Shown piece by piece: positions 19,239 to 30,130 of a DNA stretch of 49,651 nucleotides. Source of the stretch: Microgenomates bacterium OLB22 (lineage in GTDB: Bacteria; Patescibacteriota; Microgenomatia; UBA1406; HO2-37-13b). Location of the stretch: NCBI GenBank assembly GCA_001567515.1, contig LLEV01000011.1, positions 1-49,651 of the forward strand, in the 5' to 3' direction. The notes beneath the pieces were generated by a model. The model did no database searches. It was given only the letters and a program-made list of their open reading frames with translations, and had not been told where the DNA came from. The translations under genes and the position numbers were made by a program. The first letter of the stretch is position 1. The number at the start of each line of letters is the position of its first letter.

Positions 19239-20235
19239 ATGCGTCAAATTGAACTCGCTCCTCGTTCAATCATATTTGCAATCTCTTTCGTCTTTGTCTG
19301 GCTACTCGGGCTGGGTCTTTTATGGATGTTCAAGGAATTACTCATATCTCTTTTTATTGCCTTTATATTGAAAAGCGCAATCAAGCCAATGGTCGATAGA
19401 TTAGAGAAAAAGAAAATCCCTCGACTTATTGCTACTGTCCTTATCTTTGCTGTATTGATCGGCTTTTTCGTTGGCTTTGGGGGGTTTCTCTTTCCTCCAC
19501 TACTACGTGAAACTGCAATATTTCTAGGATCTATCCCAGAGCTGCTTTCAAAGGAGGCTGCGAGTGGTCGACCTGGCCTGTTGACTCCGCTTCTACAAAT
19601 GTCATCCTCTATCCTTTCGCCATCTTCATTTACTTCAAACATACTGCAGTTTGCTGGCGGGATTTTTAACAATTTTATCTACATCATCTCAATCTTGTTC
19701 TTCTCCTTTTACTTCGTAATAGACAAAAACCCTCTACCAGCCTTTGTTATGGCTACATTAGGGAAGAAGCATTCAGCATTTATACTCCGTGTTATCTCGC
19801 TTATAGAAAAGAGGATGAGTGCTTGGTTATGGGCCGAGCTATTACTAATGTTTCTCATTGGTCTGATAACCTATATTGGACTCACTGCCATCCAGATCCC
19901 ATACGCATTACCACTAGCATTTCTTGCTGGTATCCTAGAAATTGTTCCTATTCTTGGTCCTGTATTTGCGGCGCTCCCCGCTATTCTTGTTGCTCTAGCA
20001 ACATCGACCCCTTTAGCAGGAGTTGTTATTCTCCTCTACATTGTTATCCAACAAGTAGAAAACACCGTAATAGTTCCTATGGTGATGCGTAAGACGACAG
20101 GGATACATCCAGTATTGACCCTTGTTGCATTGAGTATTGGCGGAAAATTTGGGGGGGGTGAGTGGTATGTTTATTGCTATTCCGACCGCGCTCATGGTAG
20201 AAACAATTTTTGGGGAGATTAATAAACGTCGTTAG
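19239..20235 (+). CDS. AI-2E family transporter, reconstructed
   Basis: P.VD.LEKKKIPR, LEIVPILGP, IQQVENTVIVPMVM, GIHP. Fixing G8 20151-20158 restores GGVSGMFIAIP to TAG 20233-20235. Confidence 0.88.
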
Positions 20236-20249
20236 AAATACTATCTGCT

Positions 20250-21776
20250 GTGTTTTCACAGATATATTCTGCAACCCCAGTTGGTATTGAGGGAGTACTA
20301 GTCAGGGTAGAAGTAGATGTCTATGCCCGAGGTCTTCCGTCTTTCACTATAGTTGGTCTGCCGGACAAAGCGGTCGAGGAATCAAAAGAACGAGTTAGGA
20401 CAGCTCTTCGAAATACCTCGATGACGATTCCTAGTACTAAGATAGTTGTCAACCTTGCCCCTGCCGATATCCCCAAATACGGATCACATTTTGACCTTCC
20501 TATTGCTGTTGGCATCCTATGTTCATCCGGCTTTATTGATCCAAAAGTGGTGAAGGATAAGGTGTTCATAGGTGAACTATCGCTCGATGGGGCAGTTAGG
20601 CCGGTCAATGGTGTTCTTCCTATTGTCATATCAGCAAAGGCTCAAGGCTACAACACTGTTTTTGCTCCTATCGCCAATATTGAAGAAGCACAACTTATCA
20701 GCTCTGTAGAAAGTATTGGAGTAAGTACAATTCAGGAATTGGTAGAGATTTTGCGGGGTAGAATTGTTCATCAGGTGGGCAAAAAGTCTTACCCCCAATG
20801 GGTTCTGGCTGCGAGGAAAAAAACAACCCATAGCGACTTTTCTGATATTGTTGGACAACCACTGGCGAAGAGAGCTCTAGAGATAGCCGCAGCAGGTGGC
20901 CACAATATTCACCTGAAAGGCCCCCCTGGCGCTGGGAAGACGATGCTCGCCTCAGCTACAGCAGGAATCCTACCTGATATGACTGAGGAGGAGGGGATAG
21001 ATGTTTTACGTATTCATTCCGTTACCGCCTCTTATCGCCAAGGCGACTTTCTCTGGGAACGACCTTTTCGCGCACCCCATCATACCATCTCTCGTGTAGG
21101 GATGGTTGGAGGAGGAAGTGTTATCTCCCCTGGAGAGATCTCGCTAGCACATCGCGGGGTACTCTTTCTTGACGAGTTTCCCGAATTCCCGCGCGGCGTT
21201 TTAGAGGCACTACGGCAACCAATAGAAGATGGTCACGTGACCGTCACACGAGCAATCGGGACATTCACTTTCCCGGCTCGGTTTATGCTCATATGCGCTT
21301 CAAATCCCTGTCCTTGCGGATATCGCGGAGACCCTCATAAGAGTTGTCGTTGTAGCGCAAATGCCATCAGTAGGTACCAGAAGAGATTATCTGGGCCTAT
21401 ACTGGATCGTATTGATATGCATGTTTCCGTTAGGCCTGTTGAGACAAAGGAACTGATGAAGAATGGTAGCGCTGAGTCAACGGGCGCTATACGTCTGAGA
21501 GTGCAACGTGCGAGGGACAAGCAACATCGTCGTTTTGCAAAGTCCCGTACAAATGCTGAAATGACATCTGCTGAAGTCAAGGAGACTTGTCCCCTGAGCG
21601 AAGAAGTGCAGACCCTTCTCCAAAAGGCCATAACGCAGCTGTCTCTGTCGGCTCGTGCGTACTACAAAATTATCAAAGTAGCGAGAACTATCTGCGATAT
21701 GGATGGCTCAGAGGACATTACGCGAAATGCTATTCTTGAGGCTATACAGTATCGGGTAGATTCCGATCGCCTCTAA
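20250..21776 (+). CDS. comM: YifB/ComM Mg-chelatase-like AAA+ ATPase
   Basis: IVGLPDKAVEESKERV, VNLAPAD, GPPGAGKTM, RPFRAPHHT, LFLDEFPEF, NPCPCG, SGPILDRID. Confidence 0.93.
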   Translation: MFSQIYSATPVGIEGVLVRVEVDVYARGLPSFTIVGLPDKAVEESKERVRTALRNTSMTIPSTKIVVNLAPADIPKYGSHFDLPIAVGILCSSGFIDPKVVKDKVFIGELSLDGAVRPVNGVLPIVISAKAQGYNTVFAPIANIEEAQLISSVESIGVSTIQELVEILRGRIVHQVGKKSYPQWVLAARKKTTHSDFSDIVGQPLAKRALEIAAAGGHNIHLKGPPGAGKTMLASATAGILPDMTEEEGIDVLRIHSVTASYRQGDFLWERPFRAPHHTISRVGMVGGGSVISPGEISLAHRGVLFLDEFPEFPRGVLEALRQPIEDGHVTVTRAIGTFTFPARFMLICASNPCPCGYRGDPHKSCRCSANAISRYQKRLSGPILDRIDMHVSVRPVETKELMKNGSAESTGAIRLRVQRARDKQHRRFAKSRTNAEMTSAEVKETCPLSEEVQTLLQKAITQLSLSARAYYKIIKVARTICDMDGSEDITRNAILEAIQYRVDSDRL

Positions 21777-21825
21777 TACTTCGCCTTCTACAAAGCTTGT
21801 AAGAAAACGATTAGGCTGTCCTGTC

Positions 21826-21854
21826 TTGAGATTTCGATGTCTCTATGATATAGT
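21826..21854 (+). promoter_or_regulatory. sigma70 promoter of rpsA
   Basis: TTGAGA, 17 bp spacer, TG-extended TATAGT. SD GAAAGGAGA lies before ATG 21883. Confidence 0.65.
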
Positions 21855-21882
21855 TAAAATCCTATGAAAGGAGACATCATTA

Positions 21883-22977
21883 ATGCCAACAAAACAATCG
21901 TCTGCGACTAAAAAAGTCAAGACATCAACCCCAAGAACCATGGAGGACCTCCTCCACGCCTCACACATCACCCCACCACGTAAGGGTACCGAATGTGAGG
22001 CTACCATCGTCCAGATCTCGCGTCGAGGAATTCTCTTCGATATCGGATGGAAGTCCTATGCGGTGCTTGGAGATCTTGAGATCCAAGAAATTGGACCCTT
22101 TCTCTCACACCTAAAAGAGGGTGAGAAGGTAGTCGCGCGAATCGTCGTTGAGGAATCTAAAGAAGGATATCCTGTGGTCTCAATGCGAAGATTTTTCGAT
22201 AAAGGACGTTGGGATATCCTTCAAGAGAAGTTCGAGTCAGAGGAAGTCATGGAGGTTCTTGCTGGAGATTATGGAAAGGGCGGCATCTTCATCGACTTTA
22301 TGGGCATTAGAGGGGTGATCCCGAAGATTCAGTTGACCACGGACTATATCGATAACCCTGAAAAGTTATCTGGCCAGAAAATCAAGGTAAAGATCCTGGA
22401 GGTTGATAAAATCAAAAATAGACTTGTGGTTTCTCAAAAAGCTGCTGCCCTCGGCATCTCCTACAAGGACATTCAGAAAAGATTCGATGCTATAGAAATA
22501 GGCAAAACATATAAAGCAACTGTAATTGGTTTTTCCGAATTTGGTGTTTTCTGTGAATTAGATAAGATCGAAGGACTGATTCACATCTCTGAGATTTCGT
22601 GGCAAAAAGTGAACGACCCACAAAAACATGTGGCTGTTGGTTCAGTGATTGATGTTGTAGTTGTCGAAAAGAATGCCGTTAACCTTAAGCTAAATCTGTC
22701 AATCAAGAGATTATCGAAAGATCCATGGGAAGACCTAGAAAAGAAGTATCCCAAAGATAAAGAGATCAAAGCAGAAGTTATAAGAAAAGAAAGCTATGGG
22801 TATATTGTGCGACTAGAAGAAGGGATAGAAGGTCTTATTCATATATCTAAGCTAACGGGAAATGAGCGTATAGAAATTGGAAAGCCTATCTCGGTATATA
22901 TTGAAAAGATCGATAGTAAGAGTCGTCGTATCAGCCTCTTGTTATTGCCGACTGAAAAGCCACTTATATATCGTTAA
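21883..22977 (+). CDS. rpsA: 30S ribosomal protein S1 (four S1 domains)
   Basis: Repeated S1 motifs FGVF..IEGLIHISEISW, LSIKRL..DPW, IEGLIHISKL. Confidence 0.88.
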   Translation: MPTKQSSATKKVKTSTPRTMEDLLHASHITPPRKGTECEATIVQISRRGILFDIGWKSYAVLGDLEIQEIGPFLSHLKEGEKVVARIVVEESKEGYPVVSMRRFFDKGRWDILQEKFESEEVMEVLAGDYGKGGIFIDFMGIRGVIPKIQLTTDYIDNPEKLSGQKIKVKILEVDKIKNRLVVSQKAAALGISYKDIQKRFDAIEIGKTYKATVIGFSEFGVFCELDKIEGLIHISEISWQKVNDPQKHVAVGSVIDVVVVEKNAVNLKLNLSIKRLSKDPWEDLEKKYPKDKEIKAEVIRKESYGYIVRLEEGIEGLIHISKLTGNERIEIGKPISVYIEKIDSKSRRISLLLLPTEKPLIYR

Positions 22978-22981
22978 TAGC

Positions 22982-23010
22982 TTGCCATAACAGCGTAGTT
23001 GTTGTATACT
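22982..23010 (+). promoter_or_regulatory. Dedicated sigma70 promoter of the 5S rRNA
   Basis: TTGCCA 22982-22987, 17 bp spacer, TATACT 23005-23010, about 7 nt before the 5S 5' end. Confidence 0.8.
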
Positions 23011-23017
23011 AAACTTG

Positions 23018-23135
23018 CTCTGGTGATTTGTGCGTAGTGGACCCACCTGTTCTCATTCCGAACACAGTAGTGAAACGCTACAGCGCTGACGATACTAGCC
23101 AATTGTTGTGCTGGGACAATAGGTCATTGCCGGAG
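23018..23135 (+). rRNA. rrf: 5S rRNA, unlinked from 16S/23S
   Basis: CTCTGGTGA..CCACCTG..CATTCCGAACACAG.AGTGAAAC..CAGCGCTGACGATAC..AATAGGTCATTGCCGGAG. Helix I pairs the two ends, about 118 nt. Confidence 0.93.
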
Positions 23136-23172
23136 CTTTTTAGTATCAAAATTGTTATACTACTGCTATAGT

Positions 23173-23752
23173 ATGCCCCATACGCATCTGACTCCAACCT
23201 CACAACATACACTTTTTCATGCTTTTTGTCGGTATCCAGGTACCAATTTTGAAATACAGCGAGAAGGGGAAGAGGTCGTTCTGATTGTTCGGGCACACCC
23301 ATTAACACAGCTTCCGTGGATCGTGGTTGCAGTTGTTCTCTTTTTCCTGCCTGCACTTATCCAGCTCGCACTCTCTTCATTCCTGAGCATCCCACAAGTG
23401 TTGTTTATTATCCTTTTTTGTTATCTTGCGGCAAGTACGTACACCTTCTTAAATGCTCTCATGTGGATTTTCAATGTTGGGATAGTCACGACGGAACGCG
23501 TGATCGATGTGGACTATAAAAGCTTGCTCCAGAAGGAGCTCAGTGAGAGTTCTAATAATGATATTGCTGACGTGACTAGTAAAACAACAGGTTTCATCCC
23601 ATCATTTTTTTGATTATGGAAGCATTTTCCTCCAAACCGCGGGATCTGCTCAAAATATCGAGTTTATTGATATCCCACACCCAAATCTTGTCGCGACTGA
23701 GATTAGTCGTTTAGCTCATGAGGCCCATGAACTTGATCCAGGAAATAATTAA
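23173..23752 (+). CDS. Membrane-anchored bacterial PH-domain protein, reconstructed
   Basis: GEEVVLIVRAHP, two TMs, IVTTERVIDVD. Fixing T7 23605-23611 restores FDYGSIFLQTAG..IEF..IPHP. Confidence 0.8.
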
Positions 23753-23969
23753 TTTTGTCTCTAATGGCGATCTTATTGGCTTTTTTTTGAAATTATTTGG
23801 GATCGTGTTGACTGCACTTTTTATTTTTTTGCAGATAATAACATCTAGACAGGTCGTAACAATGAAGAGGACCGTTCAGGTGCACGATCACAATATTTTG
23901 TACATTATCTCTTTGATACAGCTAATAGGGGCGGTCTTGCTTTTTCTCTACGCTCTTTTTATTCTGTAG
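23727..23969 (+). CDS. Small two-TM membrane protein (DUF5657-like)
   Basis: Two TMs flanking RQVVTMKRTV, a pattern I recognise from CPR small proteins. Alternative start at 23718. Confidence 0.6.
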   Translation: MNLIQEIINFVSNGDLIGFFLKLFGIVLTALFIFLQIITSRQVVTMKRTVQVHDHNILYIISLIQLIGAVLLFLYALFIL

Positions 23970-23970
23970 T

Positions 23971-25731
23971 ATGTCTCCCTTTCACATCAGCCATCGGGTA
24001 CATCTTCCTACTCCGATGGAGGATGATCATAAGTATCATATAGGACTTTCCCCTCTGTCTACCTGTATCCTCAGTTACCAGCCGGAAGACCAAGAAGAAG
24101 TGGCAGATATCATCTCGCGCATCGACACGCTGTGGAATGACGACTCATATCGGTTGACTCAAGATGAGGCGCACTCATTTTGGCAATCTCTAACAGAACA
24201 TGAGAAGTTAAAACGTATTAGTTTCACCGCTATATATTTCACTAACGAACTAGCCTTCCTATATACGATTGGTGGGGCAATACTTCTTTACAGAAATGAA
24301 AGCATCATCACTATTATCGAAGGGAGTCATGTGGCTCGTGGGCATAATGAAGAGAAAGACACCTACATCTTAGTTCCTCAATTATTAGGAGGGATCGATC
24401 CGAAGTCTTTCTATGAAAGAGGAGATGTTCTTGAATCTCGACCAACTAACTTAGGCGTTGCCCATTTGTTGGCCCAAAAGATAGAAGGCGCGGATCCTAC
24501 TTTTGGAGTCATTGCCACTGAAGAGTCAGCAGAACAGCCAAAAGCACAACCCGGCCTCTCACTTATACAGCAAAGTACTACTATAGCGGGCTCCTTCGTG
24601 CGAAAGCTTGCGGGTCATTCTATCCCAGCAGGAGGCTCTAAAAAGAGATACCTATATATTGTTTTGCTTATACTAATTCGGGATTTTTATTTGGAGTGTT
24701 TTGCTAGGTTCAACTAGGCGCAAAGAAGTGAATTTTATACAGAGCTCACAACAGACACAGCAAGAGATTCGAGACATCCTTGCCGAAGCAGCGGAAGTTG
24801 CTCCTTTTGATCCACAAGCTGCAGGAACGATGATCGCGGATGCCCAGATGAAGCTACGGGGTCTAGAAGAACAAGCGACTTTGTTGAAGCTCCAACTTCC
24901 AAAGGAGCTTGTGGCTTTACGATCAGATATCGACTCGGCTTCAAACACCATGTTTAAGAAATCGACCGTGCAGTTTGAAGAGTTCTTTCTATTTTCCCTG
25001 ATTAGTCCAGATACCACCATAGCAAAAGCCTATCCCAGCACTGAGTCAGTTATATTATTAGACAAAAAGCATTCGCGCGCTCATACTATCTCTCTTAATG
25101 AGAAAGCAGTAACTACGTATAAGAATCCATTACTAGGGGAGGCCACTTCCTTGACCAGCTCCAAGGGCACTATCTATGCGCTTGTACCTGGTAAGGGTGT
25201 GTTTAGCATTCCAAGTACAGGAGATCCCTCGACTACGCCAGTGATTACGGCGGAAAGTGGTCGCAGCCTATTGAGATCAGTGCTTTTAATGGAAACATCT
25301 ACGTGCTTGATAAGGTGGCTCCGTATATATATAAATACGTTCCTATAGACGGGGGATTTTCTACTTACAAAGAGTACCTTACTGCAGAGACAGCAGAGTC
25401 CCTTTCGAGCCCCAACAGCATAGCTATTGATGGCTCGATCTATGTGAATAATACCTCCCGTTTAGTGCGATTTATTTCTGGAGCAAAAGACTCTTTTTCC
25501 CTGAAGTCGCCGGACGAATATGTAATTAATGCTTTTGCCATTTCACCGGAATCGGATACTATAGCAATTCTAGATAAAGACAGAGAGCGCATACTACTTT
25601 TTAGTAAAAGCGGCGAATTTTTAAAGCAAATTGTCTCCAGTGAGATCAAGCGTGCAACTAGCCTATTACTGGACTCAAACGGTAAGCTACTGCTTCAAGG
25701 TGAAAAGGGGCTGTATCGTCTGTCTGAGTGA
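23971..25731 (+). CDS. Single-pass protein: degenerate cytoplasmic domain, TM, helical region, beta-propeller (NHL-like). Reconstructed across two frameshifts.
   Basis: Overlapping ORFs 23971-24717, 24701-25348 and 25303-25731. FNGN.YVLD, SIAIDGSIYV and ILDK..ERILLF.KSGEFLKQ blade motifs. Confidence 0.65.
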
Positions 25732-26750
25732 TCAATGGTGTGATGAGTAGAGTGAGAGAGCATCCACCAATCTGTTTGCATATCCCCACTCGTTGTCATA
25801 CCATCCACAGACCTTAATAAACGTGCCTCCGATAATCTTTGTATAGTTGGCGTCATAGATACAGGAATAGGGAGAGCCAACATAGTCAGCTGATACCAGT
25901 GGTGCTTCGCTGTAGCCGAGATAGTTCTTCAGTGCAGTCGACTGTCTCCTAAATATTGCATTGATCTCTTCGACGGTAGTTCTTTTCTGTACGATGCAAG
26001 CGACATCAGCAAATGAGCCTGTTGGTGTAGGAATTCGAAGAGCTATCCCTTCCACTTTATTCTCCAGCTCGGGCATAACACGTATTACAGCTGAGGCTGC
26101 TCCTGTGTCAGTGGGCACAATCGATAACGCGGCGGCACGTGATCGATTGAAATCTCCTGAATCATTATCCAGTAGGGTTTGAGTTGATGTATAGGCATGC
26201 GTGGTGCTTATAAAGCCCTTATCAATACCTAGATGTGCGTGGATTGTTTTTAACAAAAGAGAGACACAGTTTGTTGTACAAGAAGCATTAGAAATAATGG
26301 AGGGGTTTCTTTCTGTGAGAACCGTATCGTTGACACCTAAAACGAGGTGGGGAATCGTTTTATCCTGGGTGGGACCACTTAACAGTACAAATTTGACGCG
26401 CTGGGAAAGGTGCTTTTCTAGATCTTTTCGTACTCGAAATGCTCCCGTGCAATCTAATACGACATCTGTATCAGTTGTATCCCAGGGGATATCGGCAGGA
26501 TCAGCCTTTTGTGAAGTCAAAATAAGGGTTTCGCTATCAACGATAATCCCTTTCTGGTCTGCCGTAATGGTACGGTGGTATGTTCTATAAACAGAATCAT
26601 ATTGTAGGAGATGTGCGAGAATATCATTTTTTACTTTTTGCGTGTATTGATAAGAGAGAGCTCCATCTCAGGGTGGTCTAGAGCTATTCGTGCAAATGCT
26701 CTTCCTATTCTCCCAAAGCCGTTAATACCTACGCGTAGTTTTTTGGTCAT
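25732..26750 (-). CDS. gap: Type I glyceraldehyde-3-phosphate dehydrogenase, reconstructed
   Basis: MTKKLRVGINGFGRIGR, HLLQYDSV, ISNASCTTNC, THAYT, WYDNEWGY. Slip in the T runs at about 26627-26639. Confidence 0.93.
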
Positions 26751-26799
26751 ATCTGACTCAAGTATGGATACTAAGCCAGGTCTTTGCAAGTATTGGGGG

Positions 26800-27450
26800 T
26801 TATTCCTCTGAAGAAGCGGCCTCTTCAGGATTTTCCTGTGCCTCTACTGGCGCTGGCTCGTCTGCAGTGACATCTGGTTCTGTCGAGTGCTCAACGTGTT
26901 CATGAAGCTTAACAAGTACTATCCCAGGATCATCTAAAAGCTTTATTTTACTATCAAGAACGAGATCTCCAATAGTTATCTCGTCACTCAGCTCTACCAA
27001 GGAAGTCACATCAACTTCAATATGTGTTGGAATATCGGCTGGGAAAGCCTCTATAAGAACTTCCTGATGAAGGAGATTTAATTCAGCATTATGAAGCTTA
27101 ACCCCCTCTGATTCACCGACGATCTCTAGAGGGACATGGGCCTCCATCTTTTTGTTAAGATTAATCCTCTTGAAATCTAGGTGGGCGATAGTCCCAGTCA
27201 ATGGATCTTGGTGGATATCTGCTATGACTGATGGCGTATCTTTTTTATCGAGCATCAGATGTACAACTTGCGTCATTCCGGCATCACGAAACACATGTGT
27301 TGCGTCTTTCAGGTCAACACTTATGGCTTGTGATGGCTCCCCATTCCCATATATATTGGCTGGAATACGTCCTTTTGCCCGCAACTGTCGTACTTGTTTC
27401 CCGAAAATAGATCGGGCTTGAGTTGGTAGATGTATGGTATCCGATGACAT
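26800..27450 (-). CDS. rplY: 50S ribosomal protein L25/Ctc
   Basis: R..FGKQVRQLR..GRIPANIYG, HLDF, VPL..VGES.GVK, P..IP..IEVDVTSL. Confidence 0.93.
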   Translation of the reverse strand: MSSDTIHLPTQARSIFGKQVRQLRAKGRIPANIYGNGEPSQAISVDLKDATHVFRDAGMTQVVHLMLDKKDTPSVIADIHQDPLTGTIAHLDFKRINLNKKMEAHVPLEIVGESEGVKLHNAELNLLHQEVLIEAFPADIPTHIEVDVTSLVELSDEITIGDLVLDSKIKLLDDPGIVLVKLHEHVEHSTEPDVTADEPAPVEAQENPEEAASSEE

Positions 27451-27453
27451 GGA

Positions 27454-29602
27454 TTATTGAGTAATATCTATAAAAAATAGTTTGTCGCTTTCTAAAGGAC
27501 TATTGTAGATGATGCTTCCCGATTTTTCAACTGGTGTGAAATTACGGGGCTTAAGTCCTTTAGTGAGAAGAAGTCTCACATTTGTGTTTACGTCTCCCAC
27601 CCGTTTTTGTATAACTAATTGCAGTGGGATGTTCCCTAGGGCCGGATCAAGCTGATATCTTGTTGCCACCTTTATCTCTGTTGTTCTCAATGGCTCAATC
27701 TCAAAATATATCCCAATCTCTCTGTAATGTTGCGTGGTGAATTCTTTATAGGGGATGGAGACTCCATTTAGTGAGATGCCATCAATCTTGGCAGTCTTAT
27801 CAAGATATAGTCTAGCATAGTTCTTATAAATGCCCGCTGGATATTCTGATGATGGAGCACTGTTCTCCCAAAGAATAGTGGTCTGATCCAGAAGGGTGTT
27901 TTCCTCTATCTTAAACTCTTTTGAAATAGTCTTATGTATCCAGTAGTTGACCTTGGATACTCCAAGATTGGCATCGACCACATGAAAATAGCTAGAGACA
28001 CAATTTTTTGTATATAGACATCTTGGATCAATTTGATCTCCATCCCAACCAGCCTTTTTGACTACGGTCTGTACGACGGGATCTGTCGAAAAGATGACGA
28101 CTTGTTTTTGCTCAAGAGTTTGAAGCAGCTGACTAACCAATTGTTCTCCAGTGGCTCTGTCGGTCTTATGTAATAGAGCCTGTGCAATATCTGCCAAGAC
28201 AACTTTTTTCGTATGAGCTCCTGGGAAAAAATCATTCTCTACCTCCTGTTGGATAACAAAGAACAAATTATCGGCTGTTATAGGGGAATCTATCCCCGTT
28301 ACAGTGATGGGTGGATATGCTTTAAGAAGCATCTCTAAAGCAGATTCTGTCACTGCCACATAGCCATCTGCTGGCTTCATCCGTAGTTCTTTCTCCAGAA
28401 AATACTGTGCCTTTAGGACGTTCTCTCTAAATGAGGGTGCCCAGTTTGAATCCCGAAGAAACCAGTGGGGTTGCTGAAGATACTGCTTTATCGGCTCCGG
28501 CGGGTCAACATGACCCTCTAGTTGGCCGTCTGCATCGTAAACGTCATGTATTGTAAAACGCGTGATCATATACTTTTCCACATCGAGCTCAGCGAATGAT
28601 CCCATAAATCCACCTCCAGGACGTTGTTCTCGATTGTTGAGAAAGAAGATGATATAACGCATCTTTCTGGTAGCTCCCATTAGGGTAGCTATACTTGGGG
28701 AGACCTCATTAGCATGTTCTATCAGTGGCGCATAGTAGTCAAGAGAAGTTCGGATCTTCTTGAAAGGGGCTAGGCCGAGGATAAATTCATTTCGTAAATC
28801 CTGTAGGGCGTCAGATAGTATCGTTATAGTCGAGCTAAGTTGGGCAGCATCCTGTAACTTTCCGGACACGAGCTCTCTCCCTAGCTCAACAGCCTCGGTA
28901 GTGCTTTCGATGGCAGTGGTGCCAGTGTGTATAGTCCTGATTGCAGAGTCAAAGAGTGGTGTGAGGAAAAAAATGATAATCCTGGTCTCGCCGGAAGATA
29001 TAGATTCTCAGCGAGCTGCGTAGATCTGGGAATTTTTTTTCACTCTTTCCCGAGCCTGAGAAATCTGACCACTTTGTACTGAATCTAGGGCTGATCTCAG
29101 AGAAAGCATACTATATCCAAGTGGAATAAGAAAAGCGGTATGAAATACGACAAGAGCTATCCCTAAGGCGAGAAGAACTCTTACTTTTAGTGAGAGTTTG
29201 ATACCAGAAGCGCTCACAGCTGTTTTATCTTCAGGCCTATCAATCAAAGTTAAGGTTTTTTTGGAGGTTTCAAAGATAAAAATGCATTACTAAATTGCTA
29301 TGTCGGTCATGGCCGCTATGGGTAGTTGTGAATATGACCTTGTATGTATTCTTGGGCACAGTCATTGGCAACACATCATTTGGGTACGCTATGAGGACCT
29401 TTCTTTTGGCCGATATCGCCGCTGAGAAAAGTGACGGAGTGGTTATGTATAGGTCATAATGGGCACTTTCATATGGCTGCTCAAAGGATACTGTATCTAA
29501 CAGCCCACTTAGTTGTTTGATTATAAGAAGGACAAGGGGATCATCTAATATCTCTGAGCAGACACGGTAGTCATGTGAGGAGATCTCAGTAGTGAAGAAC
29601 AT
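27454..29602 (-). CDS. DUF4012-domain membrane-anchored protein, reconstructed across several frameshifts
   Basis: RYIIFFLNNREQRPGGGFMGSF, DVYDADGQL, WFLRDSNW.PSF, VVDANLG..K.N, YKNYARLY. Upstream ORF pieces (29270-29602, 29008-29247) end at or near T/A runs. Confidence 0.8.
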
Positions 29603-29628
29603 GTTGTTACTGTAGCTTCTATTGCAAC

Positions 29629-29662
29629 AAAAAAACCAGATAGCAGAGCTATCCGGTTTTTT
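29629..29662 (-). terminator. Intrinsic (possibly bidirectional) terminator after the DUF5679 gene
   Basis: Minus strand CCGGATAGC-TCT-GCTATCTGG plus T7. A T6 run flanks the other side. Confidence 0.8.
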
Positions 29663-29689
29663 GTTTCTTCAATAAGTAACTCGAAGATG

Positions 29690-29837
29690 TTATTTCGATC
29701 CAATCTTGAACGTTTTAGTTCCACAGACTGGACAGACACCCTTCATGGCTGGGCGACCATTTTTCATAGTGATTCGCTCAGGATCAGAAATATCTCGTTT
29801 AAGTTTTGCATTTGACACAAAACATTGATGTTGTCAT
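29690..29837 (-). CDS. DUF5679-like 48-aa zinc-ribbon protein (absent from the ORF track)
   Basis: Removing one base from the run 29804-29807 gives MTTSMFCVKCKLKRDISDPERITMKNGRPAMKGVCPVCGTKTFKIGSK. Strong SD GAAAGGGGGTGA upstream and a terminator downstream. Confidence 0.85.
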
Positions 29838-29865
29838 AAAGTCACCCCCTTTCACTAGATTGTGC

Positions 29866-30075
29866 TCAGTTATGGAACATGCGCACAATCATTGTATTCA
29901 CATTAGCAAAAAAAACGAGAAATTCAAGCACGAGAATGAGGCTCACAAACACAATCGTGCGGATTAGGTCCTTCTTAACCGACAAAGAGATTGATGTGGT
30001 AGGATCGTGAGAGGGGGGAGTCTCTTGTGGAGGACGAATTGATCGATTTTTTGTTTTTCTAAAATGTCGTTTCAT
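29866..30075 (-). CDS. Small basic membrane protein
   Basis: 69 aa, basic N-terminus, VKKDLIRT followed by a TM helix. TATACT lies 9 nt before the ATG. Confidence 0.65.
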   Translation of the reverse strand: MKRHFRKTKNRSIRPPQETPPSHDPTTSISLSVKKDLIRTIVFVSLILVLEFLVFFANVNTMIVRMFHN

Positions 30076-30130
30076 TCACGCACAAGTATACGGTATTGCG
30101 TCAGGAAGGTAAAGTCATATACAATTTCGT

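Noticed and set aside
23078-23356. 92-aa minus-strand ORF and similar short antisense ORFs throughout the track
   Set aside because: They lie opposite well-supported genes or RNAs (here the 5S rRNA and the PH-domain gene) and show no motifs.
29545-29739. 64-aa ORF as the N-terminus of the DUF4012 gene
   Set aside because: It runs out of frame through the DUF5679 gene end and its terminator. ATG 29602 has its own -10 box.
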